From assembly GCA_035715145.1 (NCBI GenBank), contig DASTLH010000033.1, positions 1 through 54,634 on the forward strand: a DNA stretch of 54,634 nt, written 5' to 3'. Shown here one piece after another: positions 35,182 through 44,982 of the stretch. Both the position numbers and the translations under genes were made by a program. This DNA is from Patescibacteria group bacterium. GTDB lineage: Bacteria; Patescibacteriota; Microgenomatia; Levybacterales; UBA12049. The stretch's first letter is position 1; the number at the start of each line of letters is the position of its first letter. Below the pieces are notes generated by a model that saw only the letters and a program-made list of their open reading frames with translations, had not been told where the DNA came from and did not search any database.

Positions 35182-37341
35182 ATGGAAACGACAAGAAAAA
35201 GAATTTCTTTTTTTCCAAATAGAAATCTAGAGCTTTGGAAAATACACCCGCTTCTGAGTGCCGACATTATTAATATTCTCAAGAGGTTTTCATCTGCACT
35301 TGCATTCATTACTTTTATTATTGCCAATACTACTCTTGCCGGAGCAATAAGCGGACTATCAAATATAAAGATGCTGTTTTTACCAAACCCTCCGATGGGG
35401 GTTGTTACAGCAATCGATTTAGTATTTATTTCTATATCAATTCTTCTTCTCCACGTTAAAAAAACCAACCGTTTGCTATCTCATACAATTCTTTTTTTTA
35501 CTAGTGTCCCATTTTTTATTTCTGTTTTTAATCTTTTTAGTATCATAACCACACTTCCTACACCCGTCAGCTTTCTTTTTCATCTTGATAAAACGCTCAC
35601 AAGCTTTCCTATTCACTCCCCACTCAATCTAACTTTGCTCATGTTTTTTTCGACAATGAGTCTTTTTTTCTTAAATATTGGCGGGAAATATTCAAAAATT
35701 GGCCAAATTAGTGCTATTGGTGTGGGGCTCATTCTTCTCCCAAGCAATCTGAATTACCTGTATGGCAGTGAATTTGTTTTTAATAGAGGGACCGCTTCGC
35801 AAATTGCAATTTCCACAACTTTTTGTCTCAACTTAATTGTTGTGGCCCTTCTTCTTACCAAACCAAATGAAGGAATTATTACTCCCCTTACCAACTCAGA
35901 TGCAAGCGGCTTTACTGCAAGACGATTTCTTGCAGCTGTATATTTAATGCCTATTTCTCTTGGCTGGATTATTCTAGAAGGATATAAACTGGGTTGGTAT
36001 GACAGCAATGAACGATTTTACCTTTTGGTATCTGGAACAATTATTATGTTTTCGTTGCTTACATTTTGGATTGCCAGATCTCTTCAAGAAATTGATATAA
36101 AACGGAAATACACTGAAGACATTATTTTTTTCCTTTCAGAAGCAAGTCAGCTTTTGGCATCATCTCTTGATTATAAAATTACTCTTAAAAAAGTTGGAGA
36201 ACTTTCTGTTCCAAGAATGGCTGACTGGTGCACGGTAGAGATACTCAAACCCAACGGGAAATTACAACAAATTGTTTTTGCTCATTCAAATAAAAAACTG
36301 GTGGCAGCAGCTAAAAAATTCGGAAGAAATTACTACTCCAATATCGGAGATGAGCAAGGGCCACTTCACGTCTTAAAAACCGGAGAATCAGAAATCTATC
36401 CGTTTATTACCAACAGCTTTCTTAAAAAACTTATAAAAAATAAACGAGGCCTTCAATTTGTCAAAAAAATTCACATGACATCCCTGATGATTATTCCACT
36501 TATTGTAGAGAAAAAAACTATTGGAATTATCCAGTTTGTTTCAACAAACGATACTCATCATTTCTCTCAAGCAGAACTTTCTATTGCAGAAGAACTTGCC
36601 GCCAGAGCAAGTCTTGCCATTGAACATTCTATGCTTTATGACAATGCTCAGGAAGCAATTATTAAACGAGATGAATTTATTTCAACAGCAAGCCATGAGT
36701 TAAAAACTCCTCTTACCAGTCTTAAAGTGTACACAGAGGTTTTAGAACAACAATTTGCCGGAAAAGATAAAAAAACGAGCCTGTACCTTTCACGAATGAA
36801 TACACAAATTAATAATTTAACTCATCTTATTAAAGATTTACTTGATGTAAGCAGAATTCAGCTGGGTAAAATCGCTTTTAATTTTGAAGAAGTTGCAATA
36901 GACCCTTTTATTAAAATGATTGTGACGGATATGGACCCCATATTTACCGGACATGCAATTGAAATTCATGGTCAAACTCATGCAACAGTCATGGCAGATA
37001 AAGAACGTCTCGGACAAGTTATCATGAATCTTCTGACAAATGCTGTTAAGTATTCTCCTGATGCTAAAAAAATCATAGTGCATATCAGTAAAACAAAAAA
37101 ACATGTATTTATTTCTGTAGAAGATATGGGAATGGGAATTGATAAAAAAAACCTCGCGAGAATTTTTGACCGATTCTACCAGATAAAAGACAACAATTCA
37201 CAAAATTCGGGACTAGGAATGGGGCTGTATATTTCAAAAGAAATTATTCACAAGCACAATGGAACAATCACGGTAAAAAGTAAAAAAGGAAAAGGATCAA
37301 CCTTTACAGTTGCTCTTCCTCTGCATCAGAACCAGAAATAA
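35182..37341 (+). CDS. sensor histidine kinase (multi-TM sensor, GAF-like, HisKA, HATPase_c)
   Basis: H-box STASHELKTPLTSL, N-box NLLTNAVKYS and G-box GLGMGLYISKEIIHKHNG. The N-terminal ~290 aa have 8-9 TM helices. TACAAT at 35164-35169 favours ATG 35182 over GTG 35170. Confidence 0.9.
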   Translation: METTRKRISFFPNRNLELWKIHPLLSADIINILKRFSSALAFITFIIANTTLAGAISGLSNIKMLFLPNPPMGVVTAIDLVFISISILLLHVKKTNRLLSHTILFFTSVPFFISVFNLFSIITTLPTPVSFLFHLDKTLTSFPIHSPLNLTLLMFFSTMSLFFLNIGGKYSKIGQISAIGVGLILLPSNLNYLYGSEFVFNRGTASQIAISTTFCLNLIVVALLLTKPNEGIITPLTNSDASGFTARRFLAAVYLMPISLGWIILEGYKLGWYDSNERFYLLVSGTIIMFSLLTFWIARSLQEIDIKRKYTEDIIFFLSEASQLLASSLDYKITLKKVGELSVPRMADWCTVEILKPNGKLQQIVFAHSNKKLVAAAKKFGRNYYSNIGDEQGPLHVLKTGESEIYPFITNSFLKKLIKNKRGLQFVKKIHMTSLMIIPLIVEKKTIGIIQFVSTNDTHHFSQAELSIAEELAARASLAIEHSMLYDNAQEAIIKRDEFISTASHELKTPLTSLKVYTEVLEQQFAGKDKKTSLYLSRMNTQINNLTHLIKDLLDVSRIQLGKIAFNFEEVAIDPFIKMIVTDMDPIFTGHAIEIHGQTHATVMADKERLGQVIMNLLTNAVKYSPDAKKIIVHISKTKKHVFISVEDMGMGIDKKNLARIFDRFYQIKDNNSQNSGLGMGLYISKEIIHKHNGTITVKSKKGKGSTFTVALPLHQNQK

Positions 37342-39310
37342 GTCTTCTCCAAAATCTGTCAATTCTTGATTGTTCTCTTGCAAACGGTTCTGTATCAGAA
37401 AATGAAGGTATCTCAAAATCTTCCCTGTCTAAACTATCTAAAATTTCTCCTGCATTTTCACTTTCTTCTTCCCAATCCCATTCAGTATCAACTGACTCCG
37501 GTGAAGGAGTTTCTGCTTGAAAAACATCTCCCAGCATTCCGTAATACCACTGTTGCCATTGTTTCTCAAAGCCTTCAGCAAACGCTGTTAGCTGGGTATC
37601 GCCCATTTCCCCTTTTTCTCTTTGATTGAGAAGATGTCCTTCCATTGCTGAAAAAGCTAAATCTTCAAAAGCAAAATGATGCCGCATGTACTCCTGAACC
37701 ATTTCAACTATCACTTCTTTTCTCCTTACATCAGAAATTTTTCCAAAATTTATATGAGAAACAATCTGACTTTCTATCCCAAACACCTTTTGGGCAATTG
37801 TTCGGTATCGTCTCATATAGGAGTTAAGAGCAAAATCCATTACGTCTGTACGATTCCAATCTTTTTGCCACACGACAAGTGCATCAGTCATTTCTTGATT
37901 CATTGCTTGTTGTTCTGTATCAAACTCTGAAGAATATCGTTCTTCTAAAAGAGGTTCTACAACCCGTTGTAACACCCCAACCTCTGCTGTTTCTGAAATA
38001 TGCGCTTGAGTTACATATGTTTGTCTCCATTCCCGTGCTGCAACTTCTGCTTGAGCAAGGTTTTTTGGGTCAGATACATCTCCATGGAGAAAATATTCAA
38101 TTTTCCACCATTGTCCAGGAGGGATTGCATACAACGAACTAATAAATAATTCCTGTTGGTTTTGTTTACCAGAATAACTATCCCACAATCTTTTTACTAA
38201 TTCTGTTGCTGCTTGTATTTTTTGAGAAAAAACTGCCTGGGCATACTCAACTTCAAGAGCAAAGCTGGCATATTGTCTTCCTGTAATTTTTCCTTGTCGT
38301 TGAGCTAAGCGAAGTCCTTGAAGATATCCCTCTAAAATATCTCTCCCAATTTTTGCGTAAAATCGTCTCTCTCCACTCTCAGGAATAACGTCAACATTTC
38401 CTTGAATTTGGAGAAACATTGAAGGATTTGAAAGTCTTCCCGATGCCCCATCAGCCAAAAATTCTTTAAGCATATTTACTTCCAACTCACTCAAGACATT
38501 TTTAGCTGTCCGCTTGATCACCTGTCTGAGAAGAGTATTTTGTTCGTCCCTGGTAAGTACTGACTCACCATTTCTCACCATTTCTACCGTTTTTTCTGCA
38601 GCATCTTCTGCCACTGACTCAACTACCGTTCCGTCAGAGGCCGAACGATTGGTCTCCTCACGAAAGTAATATGCGTTTGCTTTTCCATGTTCTACTTCAT
38701 GAGTACCAATCTGAGGAACTATCCGTTCAGCAAAACTTTGATCTCCAAAGTCTCTCCCATCAATCTGACTTACCACAAAAACTACCGGACAAACCCCTCT
38801 ATCTCCCCGGAGTACACTTGCAGCAGAGGCAAAACCCCACACATTTTCGTCCTCTGCATGAAGAATCCCCTCTCTTTCTTCCAAAGCAGCCCAATACTTT
38901 TGAAGCTCTGGATAACTAAGAGAAATAACACAATAATCTTCTCCAAACTGAATATCTCCTATTGAAATATCATCCTGCATAAATAACGCTTCTTTTATGT
39001 CTGTCATCGTCTGGGTTTTTGTTGCACTGTCGGCGTACCGTTGAGACCATTGGGTAGTTGCCTGTCTATTATCAGAAAATCTTTGAAATGTTTCTTCCAA
39101 AACAACTGGCGCGCTATCAATTACTGGTGAAGGAAGTTTTTCTTGCAAAGCACTCCAGCTAATATCAGGTGTTTCTCTCATTGCCTGACGCATTGTCAAA
39201 ATTGCCTGCTGTGTTGCAACAAGTTTCTGGGGGTGGCGAGTCAGTAAATTAATTTCTCGTCGTTCTTCTCGCCTAAATGAACCAGCCTGTGGTGGCGCTT
39301 CTGTAACCAT
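37304..39310 (-). CDS. hypothetical soluble protein with HExxH zinc-metallopeptidase-like motif
   Basis: 668 aa. IGTHEVEHGKANAYYF (His204-Glu205-x-x-His208, nt 38687-38701). Acidic C-terminus. Convergent 38-nt overlap with the kinase gene. Confidence 0.6.
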   Translation of the reverse strand: MVTEAPPQAGSFRREERREINLLTRHPQKLVATQQAILTMRQAMRETPDISWSALQEKLPSPVIDSAPVVLEETFQRFSDNRQATTQWSQRYADSATKTQTMTDIKEALFMQDDISIGDIQFGEDYCVISLSYPELQKYWAALEEREGILHAEDENVWGFASAASVLRGDRGVCPVVFVVSQIDGRDFGDQSFAERIVPQIGTHEVEHGKANAYYFREETNRSASDGTVVESVAEDAAEKTVEMVRNGESVLTRDEQNTLLRQVIKRTAKNVLSELEVNMLKEFLADGASGRLSNPSMFLQIQGNVDVIPESGERRFYAKIGRDILEGYLQGLRLAQRQGKITGRQYASFALEVEYAQAVFSQKIQAATELVKRLWDSYSGKQNQQELFISSLYAIPPGQWWKIEYFLHGDVSDPKNLAQAEVAAREWRQTYVTQAHISETAEVGVLQRVVEPLLEERYSSEFDTEQQAMNQEMTDALVVWQKDWNRTDVMDFALNSYMRRYRTIAQKVFGIESQIVSHINFGKISDVRRKEVIVEMVQEYMRHHFAFEDLAFSAMEGHLLNQREKGEMGDTQLTAFAEGFEKQWQQWYYGMLGDVFQAETPSPESVDTEWDWEEESENAGEILDSLDREDFEIPSFSDTEPFAREQSRIDRFWRRLISGSDAEEEQL

Positions 39311-39349
39311 ATTATAAGAATAGAAGACTCAGGCAACAAACGCAAGAAG

Positions 39350-40003
39350 TTAGAGGAAAATTGCGCCAAAAATACCAAAAGAAAATCCAAGAAGCGATCC
39401 GCCGATAACATCGGTTGCCCAATGTTCTCCAAGGTAAATTCTGCTAGAAAGCATAGCTATATTATATAATACTAAAACCCCTGTTATGAGTACTTTTTGT
39501 GGTATATTCAATTTCTTTGATTTTATAACCATGAAAAATATAATTGTCGTCAAAAAGAGTGCTCTGGCACTGTGTCCAGAGGGATAGGAAGACCCCGGTC
39601 TGACATAACTACTTGGCATTTCAAATGGCAGATTATTTCTAAAAAACATATACGGTGGACCCGGATGATTTACAAACGCTTTTCCATATAATTCAAAAAG
39701 ATGGAAAAACCCTAAAAGAAGAAAGATAATAATTCCACGTATTTTTTTTCTAAAAAATAAAATTACTGCCAAAACAACTGCAACAACTTCCAAACTCCCT
39801 ATCAAACTCAACAAAGAAAATGCACTATCCCACTTATGAGAAAAATGATTTTGAATTCTCACTGTTGTATCAAAATCAAATTGGGTAAACACATTTTTGT
39901 GGACTATGTAGGAAAACTGAACAAAGGCAATAAAAAGAAGTACAGAGATGATGGCTAATATAATTTTTTTAGGAGTGATAAATTGTCTCATAGAGCCACC
40001 CAT
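39350..40003 (-). CDS. PAP2-family lipid phosphatase
   Basis: PAP2 motifs SYPSGHSARALF and SRIYLGEHWATDVIGG; six TM helices. Confidence 0.85.
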   Translation of the reverse strand: MGGSMRQFITPKKIILAIISVLLFIAFVQFSYIVHKNVFTQFDFDTTVRIQNHFSHKWDSAFSLLSLIGSLEVVAVVLAVILFFRKKIRGIIIFLLLGFFHLFELYGKAFVNHPGPPYMFFRNNLPFEMPSSYVRPGSSYPSGHSARALFLTTIIFFMVIKSKKLNIPQKVLITGVLVLYNIAMLSSRIYLGEHWATDVIGGSLLGFSFGIFGAIFL

Positions 40004-40033
40004 AAAATGAATAGAGCAAAACTACAGCAACCG

Positions 40034-40918
40034 TTATAAATCTAAATCTTTGAGGAATGCTCTGAAGTCTCCATTCATGTCAGGGTGCTCAAGGGCTAAC
40101 TCAACAACTGTTTTCATATATTCAAGCTTATTGCCTGTATCAAAATACTTACCGTTTTCTATCTCAACTGCATAGACTGGCATTCCTTCTGAAGCAAGGA
40201 GGTTAATAGCATCAATCAGCCAAATTTCTCCACCCTTTCCTGGTTGAATTCGCTTTAATGCACCAAAAATTTCTGGAGGCAAAATATAGGCTCCATGAGT
40301 TGCTAAATTACTTGGTGCAGTCTGAGGATCTGGTTTTTCAACAATTGAATTAACCTTAAAGACTTTTGTTTCATCAACAACTGGTGAAATATCTGCTATT
40401 CCATATCTCTTGAGATCTTCTTTCTTCTCAATTCTGACTCCAGAAATAACAATTCCGCCATATTTATTGTAGACCTCAATCATTTGAGCCAGTCGTGGTG
40501 GCTTACTATAAATAAATTCGTCTCCCCATAAAACAGCAAATGGCTCGTCCTCTATAACAGACTCAGCAGCCAAAACCGGAGTTCCATTCCCGTAAGGGCC
40601 TTTTTGTCTGACATAGACAAAATTAGCCATTTCTGAAATTTTATTTGTTTCTTCAATAAGCTTATCTTTACCACCTGCTTTAAGGTTTTCAATAAGTTCT
40701 GCATTTGTTTTGTCAAAATGGTCCTCAATTGCTCTTTTAAGTGCTCCGGTAACAATCACCACATCTTCAATCCCTGATGCAACTGCTTCCTCTACCACAT
40801 ACTGAATCACAGGCTTATCAACAATTGGAAGCATTTCTTTGGGCATTGCTTTTGTCTGTGGGAGAAATCGCGTGCCAAATCCGGCAGCAGGAATAACAGC
40901 TTTTCTAATCTTTGCCAT
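40034..40918 (-). CDS. galU: UTP--glucose-1-phosphate uridylyltransferase
   Basis: KAVIPAAGFGTRFLPQTKAMPKEMLPIVDKPVIQYVVEEA N-terminal signature; 294 aa. Confidence 0.9.
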   Translation of the reverse strand: MAKIRKAVIPAAGFGTRFLPQTKAMPKEMLPIVDKPVIQYVVEEAVASGIEDVVIVTGALKRAIEDHFDKTNAELIENLKAGGKDKLIEETNKISEMANFVYVRQKGPYGNGTPVLAAESVIEDEPFAVLWGDEFIYSKPPRLAQMIEVYNKYGGIVISGVRIEKKEDLKRYGIADISPVVDETKVFKVNSIVEKPDPQTAPSNLATHGAYILPPEIFGALKRIQPGKGGEIWLIDAINLLASEGMPVYAVEIENGKYFDTGNKLEYMKTVVELALEHPDMNGDFRAFLKDLDL

Positions 40919-41040
40919 AACTCACATATGATACCTTAATTTCCTCTATTTTTCAAACACTTTCAAGACAGACAGCGCCATGTGTGGCTCTTTACATGTG
41001 AATTACCATCTGTTAAAATACAAAGACCGTTTATTTCTGT

Positions 41041-41223
41041 ATGGCAACACCAGTGTCCTTTTTTGAAGAAACCCGCATGGAACTTAATAAAGTGACATGG
41101 CCGCCACGGCAAGAAGTAATTCGGTTGACATTGGTGGTTATCGCAGTAAGTGTCATTGTCGGTCTGTATATCGGTGGACTCGACTTTATATTTACCAAAC
41201 TCCTCCAATTTGTCTTAAAATAA
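41041..41223 (+). CDS. secE: preprotein translocase subunit SecE
   Basis: 60 aa: FFEETRMELNKVTWPPRQEV followed by one TM helix. Directly upstream of nusG. Confidence 0.9.
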   Translation: MATPVSFFEETRMELNKVTWPPRQEVIRLTLVVIAVSVIVGLYIGGLDFIFTKLLQFVLK

Positions 41224-41228
41224 TATAT

Positions 41229-41792
41229 ATGGATACAACAACACAACAACAACCAATGCAAGCACCAGCTGATGCAAAGTGGTTTATCGTACACACTTAT
41301 TCAGGACATGAAAATAAAGTGTCAAAAGCTCTCAGACAAAGAGCAGAAACCATGGGTTTTGAAGACAAGGTGTTTGACATTATCGTTCCTACTCGAGAAG
41401 TTACCAAAGTATCTCAAGGCAAAAAATCATTAATCCAGGAAAAAATCTTTCCAGGATATGTTTTGGTAAAAATGGTGTTAACTGATGAATCCTGGCTCTT
41501 AGTCAGAACAACTCCAGGCGTTACCGCATTTATTGGCGCAGGCAACAAACCAACTCCAATTTCAGAAAAAGAAGTAGAAGCTATTCAGAAGTTTATGAAG
41601 CTGGAAGAACCTCTCTACAAAACAGCGTTCAGTATGGGAGAAGCTGTTAAGATTGTTGATGGCCCATTTGCAGATTTCCTTGGAACAATTGAAAGTATTG
41701 ACGATGCAAAAGGCAAAGTCAGAGTTTTGGTCAGTATTTTCGGACGAGAAACACCCGTTGAGCTTGATTTCTTACAAGTAGCTAAGATCTAA
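41229..41792 (+). CDS. nusG: transcription termination/antitermination factor NusG
   Basis: [17 protein letters not shown] start and KOW motif [22 protein letters not shown]. Start at ATG 41229; the ORF-track extension overlaps secE. Confidence 0.9.
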   Translation: MDTTTQQQPMQAPADAKWFIVHTYSGHENKVSKALRQRAETMGFEDKVFDIIVPTREVTKVSQGKKSLIQEKIFPGYVLVKMVLTDESWLLVRTTPGVTAFIGAGNKPTPISEKEVEAIQKFMKLEEPLYKTAFSMGEAVKIVDGPFADFLGTIESIDDAKGKVRVLVSIFGRETPVELDFLQVAKI

Positions 41793-41796
41793 ACAT

Positions 41797-42216
41797 ATGG
41801 CAAAAAAAATTAAAACATTTATTAAATTAAACGTTCCAGCAGGAGCTGCTACTCCAGCACCACCCGTTGGACCAGCACTTGGTCAGCATGGACTCCCTAT
41901 CATGGACTTTGTGAAGGCTTTCAATGACAAAACAGCAGATCAAAGAGGCAATATCCTCCCAGTTGTTATTACTGTGTATGAAGATAGAACCTTTTCCTTT
42001 ATTACAAAAAAACCACCAGTTGCAGAAATGATTAAAAAAGCAATTGGCAGGGGCGGCTCAGGCAGACCAAACAAAGATATTGTTGGAACCCTTACTCTGG
42101 ATCAGGCAAAAAAGATTGCTGAGGCAAAAATGGAAGATTTAAACGCAAATGATTTAGATGCAGCAGTAAAAATTGTTGCCGGAACAGCAAGAAGCATGGG
42201 GGTAAAAGTAGAATAA
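41797..42216 (+). CDS. rplK: 50S ribosomal protein L11
   Basis: [35 protein letters not shown] is the L11 signature. Confidence 0.95.
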   Translation: MAKKIKTFIKLNVPAGAATPAPPVGPALGQHGLPIMDFVKAFNDKTADQRGNILPVVITVYEDRTFSFITKKPPVAEMIKKAIGRGGSGRPNKDIVGTLTLDQAKKIAEAKMEDLNANDLDAAVKIVAGTARSMGVKVE

Positions 42217-42935
42217 TGGGAAAAATTAAAGTTGCACCATCAGAAGAAACACCAATGGTTGAAGAAGCTCAAACAGAGCAAAAATCAACAAAGTCAAAAA
42301 AATCCACAAAAAAGACGGTTGCTCGTACCAGATCAAAAAAATACCAGGGTTTTGTAACAAAAGTTGAAAAAAATAAAACATATTCCCTTTCAGACGCACT
42401 TTCTTTGGTAGAAGACACTCACATGGCAACCTTTGACGAAACCGTTGAGCTTCATATTAATACCCTTGGCCCTGTTTCTGGAGGCATGAATCTTCCACAT
42501 GGAACCGGCAAATCCACTCGAGTTGCTGTGCTTGCACCAAGTAAAGACGCAGAAGGTGCAGAAGCACTGTTGAAAGAAATTGAATCTGGAAAAATTAATT
42601 TTGATGTATTGATTGCAACACCAGACGCCATGCCAAAACTAGCAAAAGTAGCAAAAATTCTTGGACCAAAGGGATTGATGCCAAATCCAAAAAATGGAAC
42701 TGTTACCCCAAAACCAGAAGAAGTAGCAAAACAATATGAAGGTGGCCACATGACCTTCAAAACAGAAGCAAAAGCACCAGTTTTGCACTTAGTAGTTGGA
42801 AAACTTTCATTTGGAAAAGATAAACTCTCTCAAAATATCTCAGCTGCAATTGCAACTGTGGGATCAAAAAATATCAGAAACGTTACTCTTAAATCCACCA
42901 TGTCTCTGGGAGTAAAAGTTCAAGTCAGTAAATAA
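42216..42935 (+). CDS. rplA: 50S ribosomal protein L1 with Lys-rich N-terminal extension
   Basis: LPHGTGKSTRVAVL and ILGPKGLMPNPKNGTVT core motifs. TAATG overlap with rplK. About 38 extra N-terminal residues. Confidence 0.9.
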   Translation: MGKIKVAPSEETPMVEEAQTEQKSTKSKKSTKKTVARTRSKKYQGFVTKVEKNKTYSLSDALSLVEDTHMATFDETVELHINTLGPVSGGMNLPHGTGKSTRVAVLAPSKDAEGAEALLKEIESGKINFDVLIATPDAMPKLAKVAKILGPKGLMPNPKNGTVTPKPEEVAKQYEGGHMTFKTEAKAPVLHLVVGKLSFGKDKLSQNISAAIATVGSKNIRNVTLKSTMSLGVKVQVSK

Positions 42936-44858
42936 CTAGTTATCTAAAAATCTTCTTCCGTAAGTTGTATCTACTCGACGCTCAATACTATCCACTACTA
43001 ATCCGCCATTTCCATCTTCGTGAAGAAAAATTCTAAATCTTCCTTCTTCTCCTTCAAATTTAATTCTCCAATATCCATCCCGTGTTTCTACTGGAAGAAG
43101 TTTCCCTGATTTTCCTGCAGGACTTGCCTTTATTTCCTCACGTATCTTAGCCAAAGCACTTCTTACTACATGTTCCAGCTCTGGAGATTCTTTTCTAATT
43201 CGTTTTACTGCTTCTGCCGGAAAACGCAATTTAAATCCTCTTTGAGCCACCTCTTCCTGTGCCATTGGAGCACTTAATCCCATTCGCTCTAAAAATCGTG
43301 CCCGTTGATCTAGGACAACTGCTGGCTCCTGCCTATCATCTTCTTGAGCTCTATCGGCATGCTCGGCTTCATACATTCGCTTTCTCTCCTCATGGTTTGG
43401 ACGAGACGCTGGTGGCTGTGTTGGTCGCCTATCAACAGCCCTAGCTAGGTTGGTATTTCCCTGAACCATTTTTGGAGAAGAATCTTCTGTCACTCTTCTT
43501 TCCCGTGGTCGTTTTACCCACTTGTTATCCATAAAAAAATTAGTAACGATGCCCAACACGTATGTTGCAACCTTTTCTCCATTTTCACTATATGGTTGAG
43601 GAATCCCCATAATTCTCCCGCGTTCATCAATTTGAAGAGCAAAGGCAGCGCCATCAGGAGAGATAACAACCATATCAATAAAATTATCATGCACAACTCC
43701 CACATCAATTGTTGCAATTTGGCCGTCATTAACCTCAAGGCTCACCGGAGGTTTTTTAAGAAGTTTAAAGGTGATGGTATTATAATCAGTAGTTATTTGT
43801 TCGGTTAGCGTAGGCAAAGCAACACCAGGCTCATCATCACCATGAGCTACTGCTAATTCATCAAACAAAGCAGCGTCTTTTCCGTTTGCATATGAATCTT
43901 CAACAAGCGCATATGGCTTTGAACCTTTTGTGTCTTTTGTTTCCAACAATCCGGCAAAACGTGTTACAAAAAATTCACTTTGTAAAGTAATGAGCCGCTC
44001 AATAAAATCCTCATCCATATGAGGAACAAAGTGAGCTCGCAATACTTGAGCAAAATTTGAAGGAAGCATGTAATTTGTTCTGAGAGAGAGAACGGTTGCA
44101 ATTGTATTTGCAAAAAAGGTATTTTCAGGTAAATCAACTGCAGGAGTATCTTTTTGGCCTTGTTGCCACCCAAACATAGCATCCAAACACGGATGAAGAT
44201 AATCATACATTGCTGTTTGAACTACCGTCCCCGCATGTCGAAATGTTTTCCCAACTTGAGGAGAATAATGATATTTTTTTTCAATGTCCAAAGGGAAAAC
44301 CTCATCTCCTAATATTCCCATATCCATAAGTGCAAACTGAAAGGCAAGATCCATTTGATTTTGCGGAACCTCAAACAACCCAACAATTTCTGCTCGCGCC
44401 TCCTGTGTCAGTGGCAAAGGAATCTCAGATAAATGTTGAATAATTGCTAACTTTTCCATTGTGGGATCATCGATCTCAAGAGTTGCACCCTCAGCGCGCG
44501 CTTTATTAATTTCCAATTCTTTTTGCTCAAAAGGATGTAAAAACTTTCCAGCAAATTGTCTGCCTTTTACTTGACCTTCAAGCTCACTAATTCCGTCCCG
44601 GGCAACGACATACTGATAAAGATTTCTAAAATACCCTGATGATTCAACCGGGCTCTTTTGAGAGAAAATAAAAGGTGCGTAATCTGCGAGGGTTGCAGGC
44701 GGAGTTAAAGGAACGGCTTCATTAAGACTCTCCCGAAAAACAGGATATTGGGCATCAACAAGATATACCCTTTGATAATTTGCAATTAAATCAAGCACGC
44801 CAGGCTTTGAACCAGTTATTCTTGCGTGCCTCCATGTCCGTTCAACACTTCTTGACAT
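42936..44858 (-). CDS. hypothetical 640-aa protein with C-terminal RelE/ParE-like domain
   Basis: The last ~96 aa (GKLLPVETRDGYWRIKFEGEEGRFRIFLHEDGNGGLVVDSIERRVDTTY) follow the RelE/ParE helix-helix-beta-sheet pattern. A charged linker and an unassigned ~450-aa N-terminal region precede it. TTGCAT-N17-TGaTATAAT promoter and AAGGGG Shine-Dalgarno upstream. Confidence 0.65.
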   Translation of the reverse strand: MSRSVERTWRHARITGSKPGVLDLIANYQRVYLVDAQYPVFRESLNEAVPLTPPATLADYAPFIFSQKSPVESSGYFRNLYQYVVARDGISELEGQVKGRQFAGKFLHPFEQKELEINKARAEGATLEIDDPTMEKLAIIQHLSEIPLPLTQEARAEIVGLFEVPQNQMDLAFQFALMDMGILGDEVFPLDIEKKYHYSPQVGKTFRHAGTVVQTAMYDYLHPCLDAMFGWQQGQKDTPAVDLPENTFFANTIATVLSLRTNYMLPSNFAQVLRAHFVPHMDEDFIERLITLQSEFFVTRFAGLLETKDTKGSKPYALVEDSYANGKDAALFDELAVAHGDDEPGVALPTLTEQITTDYNTITFKLLKKPPVSLEVNDGQIATIDVGVVHDNFIDMVVISPDGAAFALQIDERGRIMGIPQPYSENGEKVATYVLGIVTNFFMDNKWVKRPRERRVTEDSSPKMVQGNTNLARAVDRRPTQPPASRPNHEERKRMYEAEHADRAQEDDRQEPAVVLDQRARFLERMGLSAPMAQEEVAQRGFKLRFPAEAVKRIRKESPELEHVVRSALAKIREEIKASPAGKSGKLLPVETRDGYWRIKFEGEEGRFRIFLHEDGNGGLVVDSIERRVDTTYGRRFLDN

Positions 44859-44982
44859 AAAACCCCTTAATTGTTGAGGATTATATCAACATAGCTATCA
44901 CAATGCAAAAGGTAATAGCACTCTCAACAAAATATTTCTATTTTCTTATTGTATTTTTACGAATTTATGCAAAAATAAAACA

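Noticed and set aside
12764-41040. The whole 28-kb segment between tRNA-Trp and secE as one integrated genomic island
   Set aside because: It carries housekeeping genes (prs, galU, IMPase, lipid genes). It has no integrase, and I could find no distal copy of the tRNA-Trp 3' repeat. Only the local scar is reported.
41097-41228. Upstream extension of the nusG ORF, and minus-strand ORFs 40963-41294
   Set aside because: The extension overlaps secE in another frame and is Cys/Arg-rich nonsense. nusG begins at ATG 41229, just after the secE stop.
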